DNA of 20,000 nucleotides, taken from positions 107,231 through 127,230 of the forward strand of contig CAZSAD010000001.1 in the NCBI GenBank assembly GCA_964604995.1. The letters run 5' to 3'. The notes under the pieces are model-generated. The model saw only the letters and a list, made by a program, of their open reading frames with translations, ran no database searches and was not told the DNA's origin. The position numbers were made by a program, and so were the translations under genes. The stretch comes from an uncultured Methanosarcinales archaeon. GTDB taxonomy: Archaea; Nanobdellota; Nanobdellia; Woesearchaeales; JABMPP01. This document shows, in pieces, positions 8,594 through 16,226 of this stretch (its first letter is position 1; every line of letters starts with the position of its first letter).

Positions 8594-9307
8594 ATGAAAG
8601 TTTATTTTATAGAAGCAAAATACAAGAAAATAATTCAACTGCCAGAAAATTTAATCAAAGCATTGCCAAAAACAATAGCTTTGTTCATGTCTGTGCAATT
8701 TTCAGATAGTCAAAAACCTATTATTAAACAAATCAAAGATAAAAATAAAACTGTAATCTTGCCTCTTGCACCTCATTCAAAATACCCTGGACAGCTTTTA
8801 GGCTGCGGAATTATGAAATTCAAGGAAAAATTTGACGCATTTTTATATATTGGAGACGGGGTTTTTCATCCTCAAACTTTAGTTGTTGAAAACAACAAAC
8901 CTGTTTATTTATTTGACCCATTTGATGATAAAGGCAAATGGCAAATGCTTGATACTTCAATTGTTGAGCAAAAACTAAAAAGAAAACAAGGCTCTATTGC
9001 AAAATTTTATGCATCTGATAACATTGGTGTTTTAGTTTCAACTAAGCCTGGTCAAAATTTTTTAAAAACATCTTTAAAATTAAAACAGCTTTATCCAAAA
9101 AAGAATTTTTATTTTATTGTGGATAACAATGTTGATTTTTCACAACTGGAAAATTTCCCATTTATTGAATGCTGGATAAATACTGCCTGTCCAAGAATTG
9201 GAATAGATGATGTTTATAAATTTCAAAAACCAGTAGTTAATTTAGATGATGTTGCACAAGGTTCAATGAAAACAAGCATTGCTTTCAAAGCACAATTCAA
9301 AAAATAA
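8594..9307 (+). CDS. dph2: Diphthamide biosynthesis Dph2 family protein, short form lacking the N-terminal domain
   Basis: GQLLGC, YIGDGVFHP, IGVLVSTKPGQ and NTACPRI motifs; only 237 aa. Confidence 0.88.
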   Translation: MKVYFIEAKYKKIIQLPENLIKALPKTIALFMSVQFSDSQKPIIKQIKDKNKTVILPLAPHSKYPGQLLGCGIMKFKEKFDAFLYIGDGVFHPQTLVVENNKPVYLFDPFDDKGKWQMLDTSIVEQKLKRKQGSIAKFYASDNIGVLVSTKPGQNFLKTSLKLKQLYPKKNFYFIVDNNVDFSQLENFPFIECWINTACPRIGIDDVYKFQKPVVNLDDVAQGSMKTSIAFKAQFKK

Positions 9308-9402
9308 AATCAATTCTAAATTTAACTAATTTTAAATTTTGGGTAATCCACAATCCATTACTTTGTACTTTGTAGTCCACTACTTTATTAATCATTAAAT
9401 TA

Positions 9403-9420
9403 CCGAAAAGTATTTATATA
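9403..9420 (+). promoter_or_regulatory. BRE (CCGAAAAG) plus TATA (TATTTATATA) promoter of the PEGA gene; SD GGAGGT at 9506-9511
   Basis: Close match to the archaeal BRE-TATA consensus. Confidence 0.65.
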
Positions 9421-9519
9421 CTAAAATGGAAAGTCCTATACTAGAATAACTATATTAGGATTATATTAAATTAATTTTTAAATCAATCTTTAAAAATAAA
9501 TTAGTGGAGGTTAAGTAAG

Positions 9520-11622
9520 ATGCATCAAAAGCTCAGCGTTCTAATTATTTTAGTTTTTTCCTTATCTTTATTTGGTTGTCAAAATGCAAGTTTAACAGGT
9601 AAATCTTTTGCTGCACAATATAATTCAGCAATTCCTGTTGCAGCATTTGATAATAATTTTGGAAAATTAACAATAGAAACAAATCCTGGAGAAGCTAAAA
9701 TAATTATAGATGGTATTACACTTGATATAACAACACCTCTTTATAATTTTTCAGTTCCTTTGGGCCATCATACTCTTGAACTTGTAAGTAATGAACAATA
9801 TGGTTCATATTACAATGAAATAGATATCTTATCTGGTCAGACAACTAGGATATATTATGAATTCAAAGAAAATACAAATAGTCTTCTTTATATCGAAACA
9901 GTTCCAGATGGAGCAGTTGTTTTACTCAATGGCAAAGAATATACCAAAACAAATTTTAAACAAGAGATATCTTGTGGTGCATACTATTTAACTTTAAAAA
10001 AAGATGGATACAAAACAGTTTCTAAACAAATTGAAGTTCTTCCAAATGAACCTTTAGAACTAAAAGAAATTCTTATTGCTGATGGATTTGCAACTCTTTC
10101 CATTAATTCAAAACCTCAAGGGGCAGAAGTTTATATGAATACTGGTGATATCACTAATAATGGTAATGCTAGTTTAGTTTTAAGAGGTAAAACCCCTTTA
10201 GATATCATAGAATTAAAACCAAACACTAAATATTTAATACAAATAAAACAAACAGGTTTTGAAACTTGGATGGATACTATTGAATTTGCACCAAGCGAAA
10301 CAAAATATATTTATGCAGATTTACAGTTAAATCCTATTACAACTGGTACTTTAGATATTACAACTTCTCCATCGGGTGTTAAAGTTCTTGTTGATTCCAT
10401 TGAAAAAGGAACAACAAATCCTAATTTATTAGTTACAGATTTACAGCAAGCAAAACATACGTTAATTCTTTCTAAAACAGGTTATACTACCTATGAAACT
10501 TCATTTGATATATTTGCAAATAATATCACTAAATTAAGTGTTGCTCTAAATCCTTTGCCAATCCTATCAAATAATCTTTCATCATATTGTAAATTGGTAT
10601 GGACAGATTGGAAAAATAGAGACGATCCGAGTGGCACTGGTGATTGGGAAACAAAAATATCATTCCCAGATGTTTGCCAAAATGCAGTCGGTGTAGATTG
10701 TCAAACACTAAATGGTATAAATTATACAAAAACAAATCAATTAATAACTTGCAATCCTCAAGATGGTGCTATTTGTCAAAACAGTTTAAATCCTAAAGGC
10801 TGTTTAAATTACAAAGTTAGATTCCTTTGTCCAATCCCTATTGGAAGTCCGCTATGTGATAATGTACCCTCAACAGGAAATCTATTTGTTTCAACAACAA
10901 ATGCAAATCCTGCATCACTGTATGTTGATGGATATTACAAAGGCGCAACTCCAATTACAGTAACAGNNNNNNNNNNNNNNNNNNNNNNNNNNNNNNNNNN
11001 NNNNNNNNNNNNNNNNNNNNNNNNNNNNNNNNNNNNNNNNNNNNNNNNNNNNNNNNNNNNNNNNNNTGGTGAAAAATATGTTTATGCAGGGCAAACAGTG
11101 TATGTTAATGTAACTTTGGTTTTAAACACAACTTCTATTGTTCCAACTGGTAGCATTTATATATACTCAAATAAAGATAGTAATGGAATTCCAGTTTATG
11201 TTTATATCGATGGTTATTCAAAAGGAACATCTCCAATTATTGTTAGCAATTTAACAATAGGTAATCATTTTGTTAAAGTTTCAACTGAAGGTTATCTTGA
11301 TTGGATGGGATGGGCTGCCGTTGCAACAAATCAATTAAGTTATGTGTATGCAAACATTAATCAAACTAATACTACTGATATGGGATATTTAAGAATAATT
11401 TCATCTCCTTCCAATGCGACAATTTATTTGAATTATGCAAATACTGGGCAAACAACTCCTTTTACATTTAGTAAAAAATCAGGTACTTATGTAATTGGGC
11501 TAGATAAATTAGGTTACAATTATTGGTCAGGTAATGCAACAGTAAATTCAGGTTCAACAACAACAGTAGAAGTTGTTTTGACATCTAAAAAACAAGCAAT
11601 TGTAACAGCTAAACAACGATAA
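9520..11622 (+). CDS. Surface lipoprotein with about 7 PEGA domains and an inserted mucin CysD/WxxW-like Cys-rich domain; spans a 100-N gap
   Basis: Signal peptide with lipobox LFGC (Cys20); repeated GxLxIx(T/S)xPxGAxVxxDG...GxTP...GxHxL...GY units; WTDW...GDWET...CLNYKVRFLCP at 10588-10833. Confidence 0.85.
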   Translation: MHQKLSVLIILVFSLSLFGCQNASLTGKSFAAQYNSAIPVAAFDNNFGKLTIETNPGEAKIIIDGITLDITTPLYNFSVPLGHHTLELVSNEQYGSYYNEIDILSGQTTRIYYEFKENTNSLLYIETVPDGAVVLLNGKEYTKTNFKQEISCGAYYLTLKKDGYKTVSKQIEVLPNEPLELKEILIADGFATLSINSKPQGAEVYMNTGDITNNGNASLVLRGKTPLDIIELKPNTKYLIQIKQTGFETWMDTIEFAPSETKYIYADLQLNPITTGTLDITTSPSGVKVLVDSIEKGTTNPNLLVTDLQQAKHTLILSKTGYTTYETSFDIFANNITKLSVALNPLPILSNNLSSYCKLVWTDWKNRDDPSGTGDWETKISFPDVCQNAVGVDCQTLNGINYTKTNQLITCNPQDGAICQNSLNPKGCLNYKVRFLCPIPIGSPLCDNVPSTGNLFVSTTNANPASLYVDGYYKGATPITVTXXXXXXXXXXXXXXXXXXXXXXXXXXXXXXXXXXGEKYVYAGQTVYVNVTLVLNTTSIVPTGSIYIYSNKDSNGIPVYVYIDGYSKGTSPIIVSNLTIGNHFVKVSTEGYLDWMGWAAVATNQLSYVYANINQTNTTDMGYLRIISSPSNATIYLNYANTGQTTPFTFSKKSGTYVIGLDKLGYNYWSGNATVNSGSTTTVEVVLTSKKQAIVTAKQR

Positions 11623-11692
11623 TTTTTTTATAATTATTTTTTATATTTGTTATAATCTTATTTTTTTAACATTCTTTTCTAATTTTCTTATT
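11623..11692. terminator. T-rich terminator-like tract between convergent genes
   Basis: Oligo-T runs immediately after stop 11622. Confidence 0.4.
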
Positions 11693-11983
11693 TTATAATC
11701 CAAGCATTGCCCTAAGTTCATCACTAGGTTTCCACATTGGGTCAAATGTTAAATCAATTTTAACTTTGCCAATTCCTTTAATTGAACTAACTTTTTTATA
11801 AACATCATCTAAAAGAACAGGGCCATATGGACACATAGGCGTTGTAAAAGTCATCACAATATCAACATCTTTATTTTTTTTGATGTTTATATCATACACT
11901 AATCCTAATGTCCAAACATCTATTTGTATTTCAGGATCAAAACATGTTTTCAATATTTCAATGATTTCTTCTTTAGTAACCAT
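11693..11983 (-). CDS. DUF59/SufT/PaaD-like Fe-S cluster assembly protein
   Basis: LKTCFDPEIQIDVWTLGLVY, MTFTTPMCP, LTFDPMW. Confidence 0.92.
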   Translation of the reverse strand: MVTKEEIIEILKTCFDPEIQIDVWTLGLVYDINIKKNKDVDIVMTFTTPMCPYGPVLLDDVYKKVSSIKGIGKVKIDLTFDPMWKPSDELRAMLGL

Positions 11984-12029
11984 TATCTTCTCTTTTTTCC
12001 TATCTTTTCATTTCCTTTTGAAATTAAGA

Positions 12030-13001
12030 TCAAGATCTAATATTTACACTATCTTCCAGTTTTGTATCTTTAATTGCATAGCCCACTCCTTGTCCAGCAT
12101 AAAAAGCTGGCTTAGATAATGAACTTACAATACTAGACCAAAATCCCTGTTTTTCTTTGTACTCAACTATTTTTACAGTTGTATTCAATCTTTGTTCAAT
12201 TATTTTTACTGCATCATCTTTATTGCCTAAAACATCTACTAATTTCAAGTCTTTTGCTTCAGCACCAGTAAAAAAATCGCCTTGAGAAACTTTTAAAATT
12301 TCTTGACTAGTAAGATTTCTGTTTTGTGCAACTTCATCCATAAAATATTGGTGCATTTTATCTAATTTTGTTTGGAATAATTCTCTTTCTTCATCAGTCA
12401 TATTTCTAAATGGACTGCCCATATCTTTATATTTTCCAGCAACCAATCTTTCATATGTAACGCCATATTTATCCATGGTTCCTTGAAATTCAAGATAAGA
12501 AGATATTACTCCGATGCTTCCAGTAATTGACATTTTGCTTGCAACAACAATATCTGCTGCTGATGCTGCCCAATAAGCACCGCTAGTTCCAATATCTCTT
12601 ATTACTGCAACTTTTAATTTTTTTGATTGTTTCATTGCAAATGCAATTTCTTCACTTGCAACAGGGCTTCCACCTGGAGAATTTATATCAAAAATTATTG
12701 CTTTGATACCTGAATCTTTATCTGCAGCTTTTATAAATTCTACAATTCTATCGGATGATGCACTTTGGCTAGAGAAGAAATTATCATTTTTTTCAGTATT
12801 AATAATTCCTTTTATAGAAATTACAGCAACATTGCCTTTGCCAACAGGTGTTTCAATTTCATTATTTCCACCAAAATATAAACTGATGCCTCCGGCAATA
12901 ACCATGCTAATTATCCACAAAAATAATAAAAATCCTATTATAAAAAACCATTTTGATCTTTGATTTCCTTTTGGTATTTGCTCATCATTTTTCTTTGCCA
13001 T
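12030..13001 (-). CDS. sppA: Signal peptide peptidase SppA (S49, 36K type)
   Basis: INSPGGS, GTSGAYWAASAAD, ITGSIGV, AGKYKDMGSPFR; N-terminal TM; SD AGGTGA upstream. Confidence 0.95.
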   Translation of the reverse strand: MAKKNDEQIPKGNQRSKWFFIIGFLLFLWIISMVIAGGISLYFGGNNEIETPVGKGNVAVISIKGIINTEKNDNFFSSQSASSDRIVEFIKAADKDSGIKAIIFDINSPGGSPVASEEIAFAMKQSKKLKVAVIRDIGTSGAYWAASAADIVVASKMSITGSIGVISSYLEFQGTMDKYGVTYERLVAGKYKDMGSPFRNMTDEERELFQTKLDKMHQYFMDEVAQNRNLTSQEILKVSQGDFFTGAEAKDLKLVDVLGNKDDAVKIIEQRLNTTVKIVEYKEKQGFWSSIVSSLSKPAFYAGQGVGYAIKDTKLEDSVNIRS

Positions 13002-13110
13002 AATTCAATCACCTTAAATCTATAAACACTTAATCATTAAGTTTAATAATCAACATTTTAATAATCAATTTTTAATTTTTTGAATTTTTTTAATAAGTAA
13101 TTTAATATTC

Positions 13111-13638
13111 TTAATTTTGATTTTGGCCATTCCAAGTTATTACTTCAACAACAAAAGTGCCGCTCATCTTCTCACTTAATCTTTGATTTGTTTTGTTAAA
13201 AAACATATATATTGGGTCAATAATTATTAATATAAAAAATGGGAATAATGGGATAAGATACATATTTCTTACAATTGATTGCAAAAAGCTAATTTTGTTA
13301 TTTTCTTTAATTGTGCTTTCTTCTGAAACTGGAACAACATAAATTCCAAATAACATTTTACCAATTGTTTGTCCAAGTTTCCATTCCATTACTGAAAAAT
13401 AAAGCAGTGCAATAACTCCAATAAATATTGAACTTGCATATAATTTTCCAAGAACAATATCGTTTTCAGATAATAATTTAAACACTTCAAAAAAATCTCC
13501 CTGCGGAATACTATCAATAATGATTTTTCTAAATGGTTCTAAAATTATAAGATTTATTATCAAAAGATCCCCTATAAATGCTAATAATCTTTTAATTAAA
13601 GAAGCATTCATCAAATATTTCTTTTTTGCTTTTGGCAT
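13111..13638 (-). CDS. RDD family membrane protein
   Basis: ASLIKRLLAFIGD, GQTIGKMLFGIYVV, QRLSEKMSGTFVV; TATA TTTTATA at about 13661-13667. Confidence 0.9.
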   Translation of the reverse strand: MPKAKKKYLMNASLIKRLLAFIGDLLIINLIILEPFRKIIIDSIPQGDFFEVFKLLSENDIVLGKLYASSIFIGVIALLYFSVMEWKLGQTIGKMLFGIYVVPVSEESTIKENNKISFLQSIVRNMYLIPLFPFFILIIIDPIYMFFNKTNQRLSEKMSGTFVVEVITWNGQNQN

Positions 13639-13672
13639 AATTTAAACTAACATGCAAAAGTATAAAAGCTTT

Positions 13673-13775
13673 TGTTTTAACATTTATTCTATCTTAACAT
13701 TTATCTTGTTATTTATCTTGTTTTAACATCTACTTTTTTAAAATATCCATAAATATCTTAAAATATCTTAAAATT
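13673..13775. repeat. Short imperfect tandem/direct repeats (TTGTTTTAACAT, ATTTATCTTGTT, AAATATCTTA units)
   Basis: For example AAATATCCAT-AAATATCTTA-AAATATCTTA at 13741-13770. Confidence 0.6.
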
Positions 13776-13795
13776 TTATACTTACTCAAAATAGT

Positions 13796-13816
13796 GAAAC
13801 GTAAGGTTTTTAAGTA
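13796..13816 (+). promoter_or_regulatory. BRE/TATA promoter of the riboflavin operon
   Basis: GAAACGTAAGG followed by TTTTTAAGTA, about 30 bp upstream of ATG 13844. Confidence 0.55.
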
Positions 13817-13843
13817 ACTCTAATTTCTTTAATCTTGATTATT

Positions 13844-14485
13844 ATGGATGAACTAGTATTATACATTGCAAAAAAAGCAGGTATGGGTGATTTGAAAACA
13901 TCCACCAGAAAAATTTCTTTAGATATTGCAGCTTCACAGCAAACAATAAGTCGAAATCTAAGAGAATTAGAAAAACAAGGAATTATCTATAGAACATCGA
14001 CTCCAAATGGTGTTACTGTGAAATTAACAACAACTGCACTATTAAACTTAAGAAAAGAATTTCTTGTATTAAAAGGAATTTTTGGAAACTCAAATCAGTT
14101 GCAAGGTGAAGTTATGTCTGGAGTTGCAGAAGGTAAATATTACATAACTGTTTACAGTAAAAAATTTGAGGAAAAATTAGGGTTCATTCCTTATCCTGGT
14201 ACTTTAAACATCAATGTTGATTCCAGAGAAAAAAGTCTTTTTTTATCAGGTTTGCAAAGACTTGAAATTATGGAATTTAAAACTAAAACACGATCTTTTG
14301 GTGCAGTTTATTGCTATGCTGTAAATATAAAAATAAAAGAAACTATAATTAAAGGTGCAATTGTTGTGCCAGTTAGAGCAAGGCATCCTGATAATATTAT
14401 AGAATTAGTTGCAGCATATCCACTTAGAAAAAAATTTAATTTGAAAGATAGTGATAAATTAATAGTTTTAGCGCCATCACAATAA
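13844..14485 (+). CDS. ribK: HTH-fused CTP-dependent riboflavin kinase (RbkR-type bifunctional regulator)
   Basis: N-terminal wHTH SQQTISRNLRELEKQGII; kinase motifs GEVMSGVAEGKYY, PYPGTLN, RARHPDNIIELVA..LRKKFNLKD. Confidence 0.93.
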   Translation: MDELVLYIAKKAGMGDLKTSTRKISLDIAASQQTISRNLRELEKQGIIYRTSTPNGVTVKLTTTALLNLRKEFLVLKGIFGNSNQLQGEVMSGVAEGKYYITVYSKKFEEKLGFIPYPGTLNINVDSREKSLFLSGLQRLEIMEFKTKTRSFGAVYCYAVNIKIKETIIKGAIVVPVRARHPDNIIELVAAYPLRKKFNLKDSDKLIVLAPSQ

Positions 14486-14540
14486 TCATCACAATGATTT
14501 TAACAATGATTTTAACAATAGTTCATTTGAGGTGAACAAA

Positions 14541-15029
14541 ATGAAAATAGGAGTTGCTGATACTACATTTTCTAGAGTCAATATGTTCGAGTTCGTTGAA
14601 CAAACAATAAAACAAACAAATAAAAACGCTCAAATAGAAAGATATACTGTTCCAGGAGTAAAAGATTTGCCAGTAGCATGCAAAAAATTATTTGATTTTT
14701 ATAATTGCGATATTGTTATTGCTTTAGGTATGTCAGGGCCAATGCCTGTAGATAAAACCTGCACACATGAAGCATCAATGGCAATACAGCAAGTTATGTT
14801 AATGACAAATAAACATATCTTAGAAGTTTTCATTCATATGGATGAAGCAAAAGATGATTCGGATTTATTTTCTATTTCAAAAAATAGGGCAGTTAAGCAC
14901 ACATTGAATGCAATTGAACTTTTAAAAGGAAAAACAAATTTATCTAAATATGCTGGATCTGGAAGAAGGCAAGGAAGAGATGATGTTGGTCCAGTTAAAA
15001 TTACTAAAACAATTACTAAGACTAAATAA
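14541..15029 (+). CDS. ribC: Archaeal-type (pentameric, lumazine-synthase-like) riboflavin synthase
   Basis: KIGVADTTFSRVNM, RYTVPGVKDLPVACK, HILEVFIHMDE, AGSGRRQG; SD GAGGTGA at 14529-14535 favours ATG 14541. Confidence 0.95.
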   Translation: MKIGVADTTFSRVNMFEFVEQTIKQTNKNAQIERYTVPGVKDLPVACKKLFDFYNCDIVIALGMSGPMPVDKTCTHEASMAIQQVMLMTNKHILEVFIHMDEAKDDSDLFSISKNRAVKHTLNAIELLKGKTNLSKYAGSGRRQGRDDVGPVKITKTITKTK

Positions 15030-15085
15030 TATTTTAATATCTTTTTAACTAAAATTTAACTTATAAAAATCATAAAGGTGGTAAA

Positions 15086-15496
15086 ATGAAAGACAAAATT
15101 GCAATAGTTCTATCTGATTTTAATAAGGATATAACACAAAAAATGTTAGAAACTGCACTAAAAACTGCAAAAAAACAAAATTTGAAAGTTGTGCAAATAG
15201 TGCATGTACCTGGAGCATGGGAAATACCCTATGCATTAAAGCAAGTTTTTGAAAAAAGAAAAATTGATGGTGCAGTTATGTTAGGTGTAGTTTTGCAAGG
15301 TGATACTGACCACGATAAAATTGTTGGAAACAACTGCACAACATTTGCAATGCAACTTTCATTAGAATATAACATCCCTCTTTGTTCAGGAATAATTGGT
15401 CCAAGAGTCAAGTATGATGCTGCGAAAAAGAAAGCCGAAGAATACTCAACAAGAGCAGTTGAAACAATAGCATACATATTAAAATTACAAATATAA
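15086..15496 (+). CDS. ribH: 6,7-dimethyl-8-ribityllumazine synthase
   Basis: IAIVLSDFN, VPGAWEIP, LGVVLQGDTDHD, GIIGP; SD AGGTGG. Confidence 0.93.
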   Translation: MKDKIAIVLSDFNKDITQKMLETALKTAKKQNLKVVQIVHVPGAWEIPYALKQVFEKRKIDGAVMLGVVLQGDTDHDKIVGNNCTTFAMQLSLEYNIPLCSGIIGPRVKYDAAKKKAEEYSTRAVETIAYILKLQI

Positions 15497-15529
15497 TTTT
15501 TAATAATCTTTACAAAAGATGTGATTAAA

Positions 15530-16219
15530 ATGACCAAAATACAATTGAAGCAAACTCAAAAATCAAAAGCAAAAAAAACAAAATTATTGCCTTCTAAAAA
15601 AAAGTTTTGGCCATGCGATCGTGATGTAAAAGTAAAAAAACAAGCTCAAGCAAATCTCCCAACAGTATTTGGTGATTTTGAAATAGTGGTATATACTGAT
15701 AATAAAAGCAATACTGAGACAGTTGCGCTTGTAAAAGGAATTGTAAAAAATAAATCTAATGTGCTATTAAGAATGCATTCTAAATGCTTAACAGGTGATA
15801 CTTTTTTTTCGCTTAAATGTGATTGTGGTTCGCAACTTGTTGCTGCACTTAAAAGAATTCAAAAAGAAAATTGCGGAGTTGTTATTTACCTTGACCAGGA
15901 AGGCAGAGGAATTGGACTTGCTAATAAAATAAAAGCATACGCTCTTCAAGAAAAAGGTTATGACACAGTTCAAGCAAATCAACAACTAGGATTGGGTGTG
16001 GATTTAAGAGAATATCACATTCCTGCAAAAATAATTAGGGATCTTAGAATAAAAAGCATACATTTAATGACCAACAATCCAGATAAAATTAAAAGTTTGG
16101 AGCATTGTGGTATTAAAGTAACAAAGCGCGTTCCAACCTTAATTACAAGTAATCCACACAATAAGGATTATCTTAATGTAAAAAAGAAAAAAATGGGACA
16201 CTTACTTAATAAACAATGA
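15530..16219 (+). CDS. ribA: GTP cyclohydrolase II (bacterial type, stand-alone) with Lys-rich N-terminal extension
   Basis: LPTVFG, RMHSKCLTGD, KCDCGSQL, QEGRGIGLANK, LMTNNPDK, YLNVKKKKMGH; start is 15521 GTG or 15530 ATG. Confidence 0.95.
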   Translation: MTKIQLKQTQKSKAKKTKLLPSKKKFWPCDRDVKVKKQAQANLPTVFGDFEIVVYTDNKSNTETVALVKGIVKNKSNVLLRMHSKCLTGDTFFSLKCDCGSQLVAALKRIQKENCGVVIYLDQEGRGIGLANKIKAYALQEKGYDTVQANQQLGLGVDLREYHIPAKIIRDLRIKSIHLMTNNPDKIKSLEHCGIKVTKRVPTLITSNPHNKDYLNVKKKKMGHLLNKQ

Positions 16220-16226
16220 GGCCATT

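Noticed and set aside
10967..11066. Exact length and PEGA repeat count of the surface protein
   Set aside because: 100 Ns is probably a placeholder, so the true length and frame continuity are unverified, although both sides are PEGA-like.
13673..13775. Possible CRISPR array or replication origin in the repeat-rich spacer
   Set aside because: Units are only 10-12 bp, irregular and without unique spacers; no ORB-like G-string and no cdc6/orc1 nearby.
13640..13843. FMN riboswitch upstream of the rib operon
   Set aside because: The region is extremely AT-rich with no RFN consensus, and the transcript appears leaderless.
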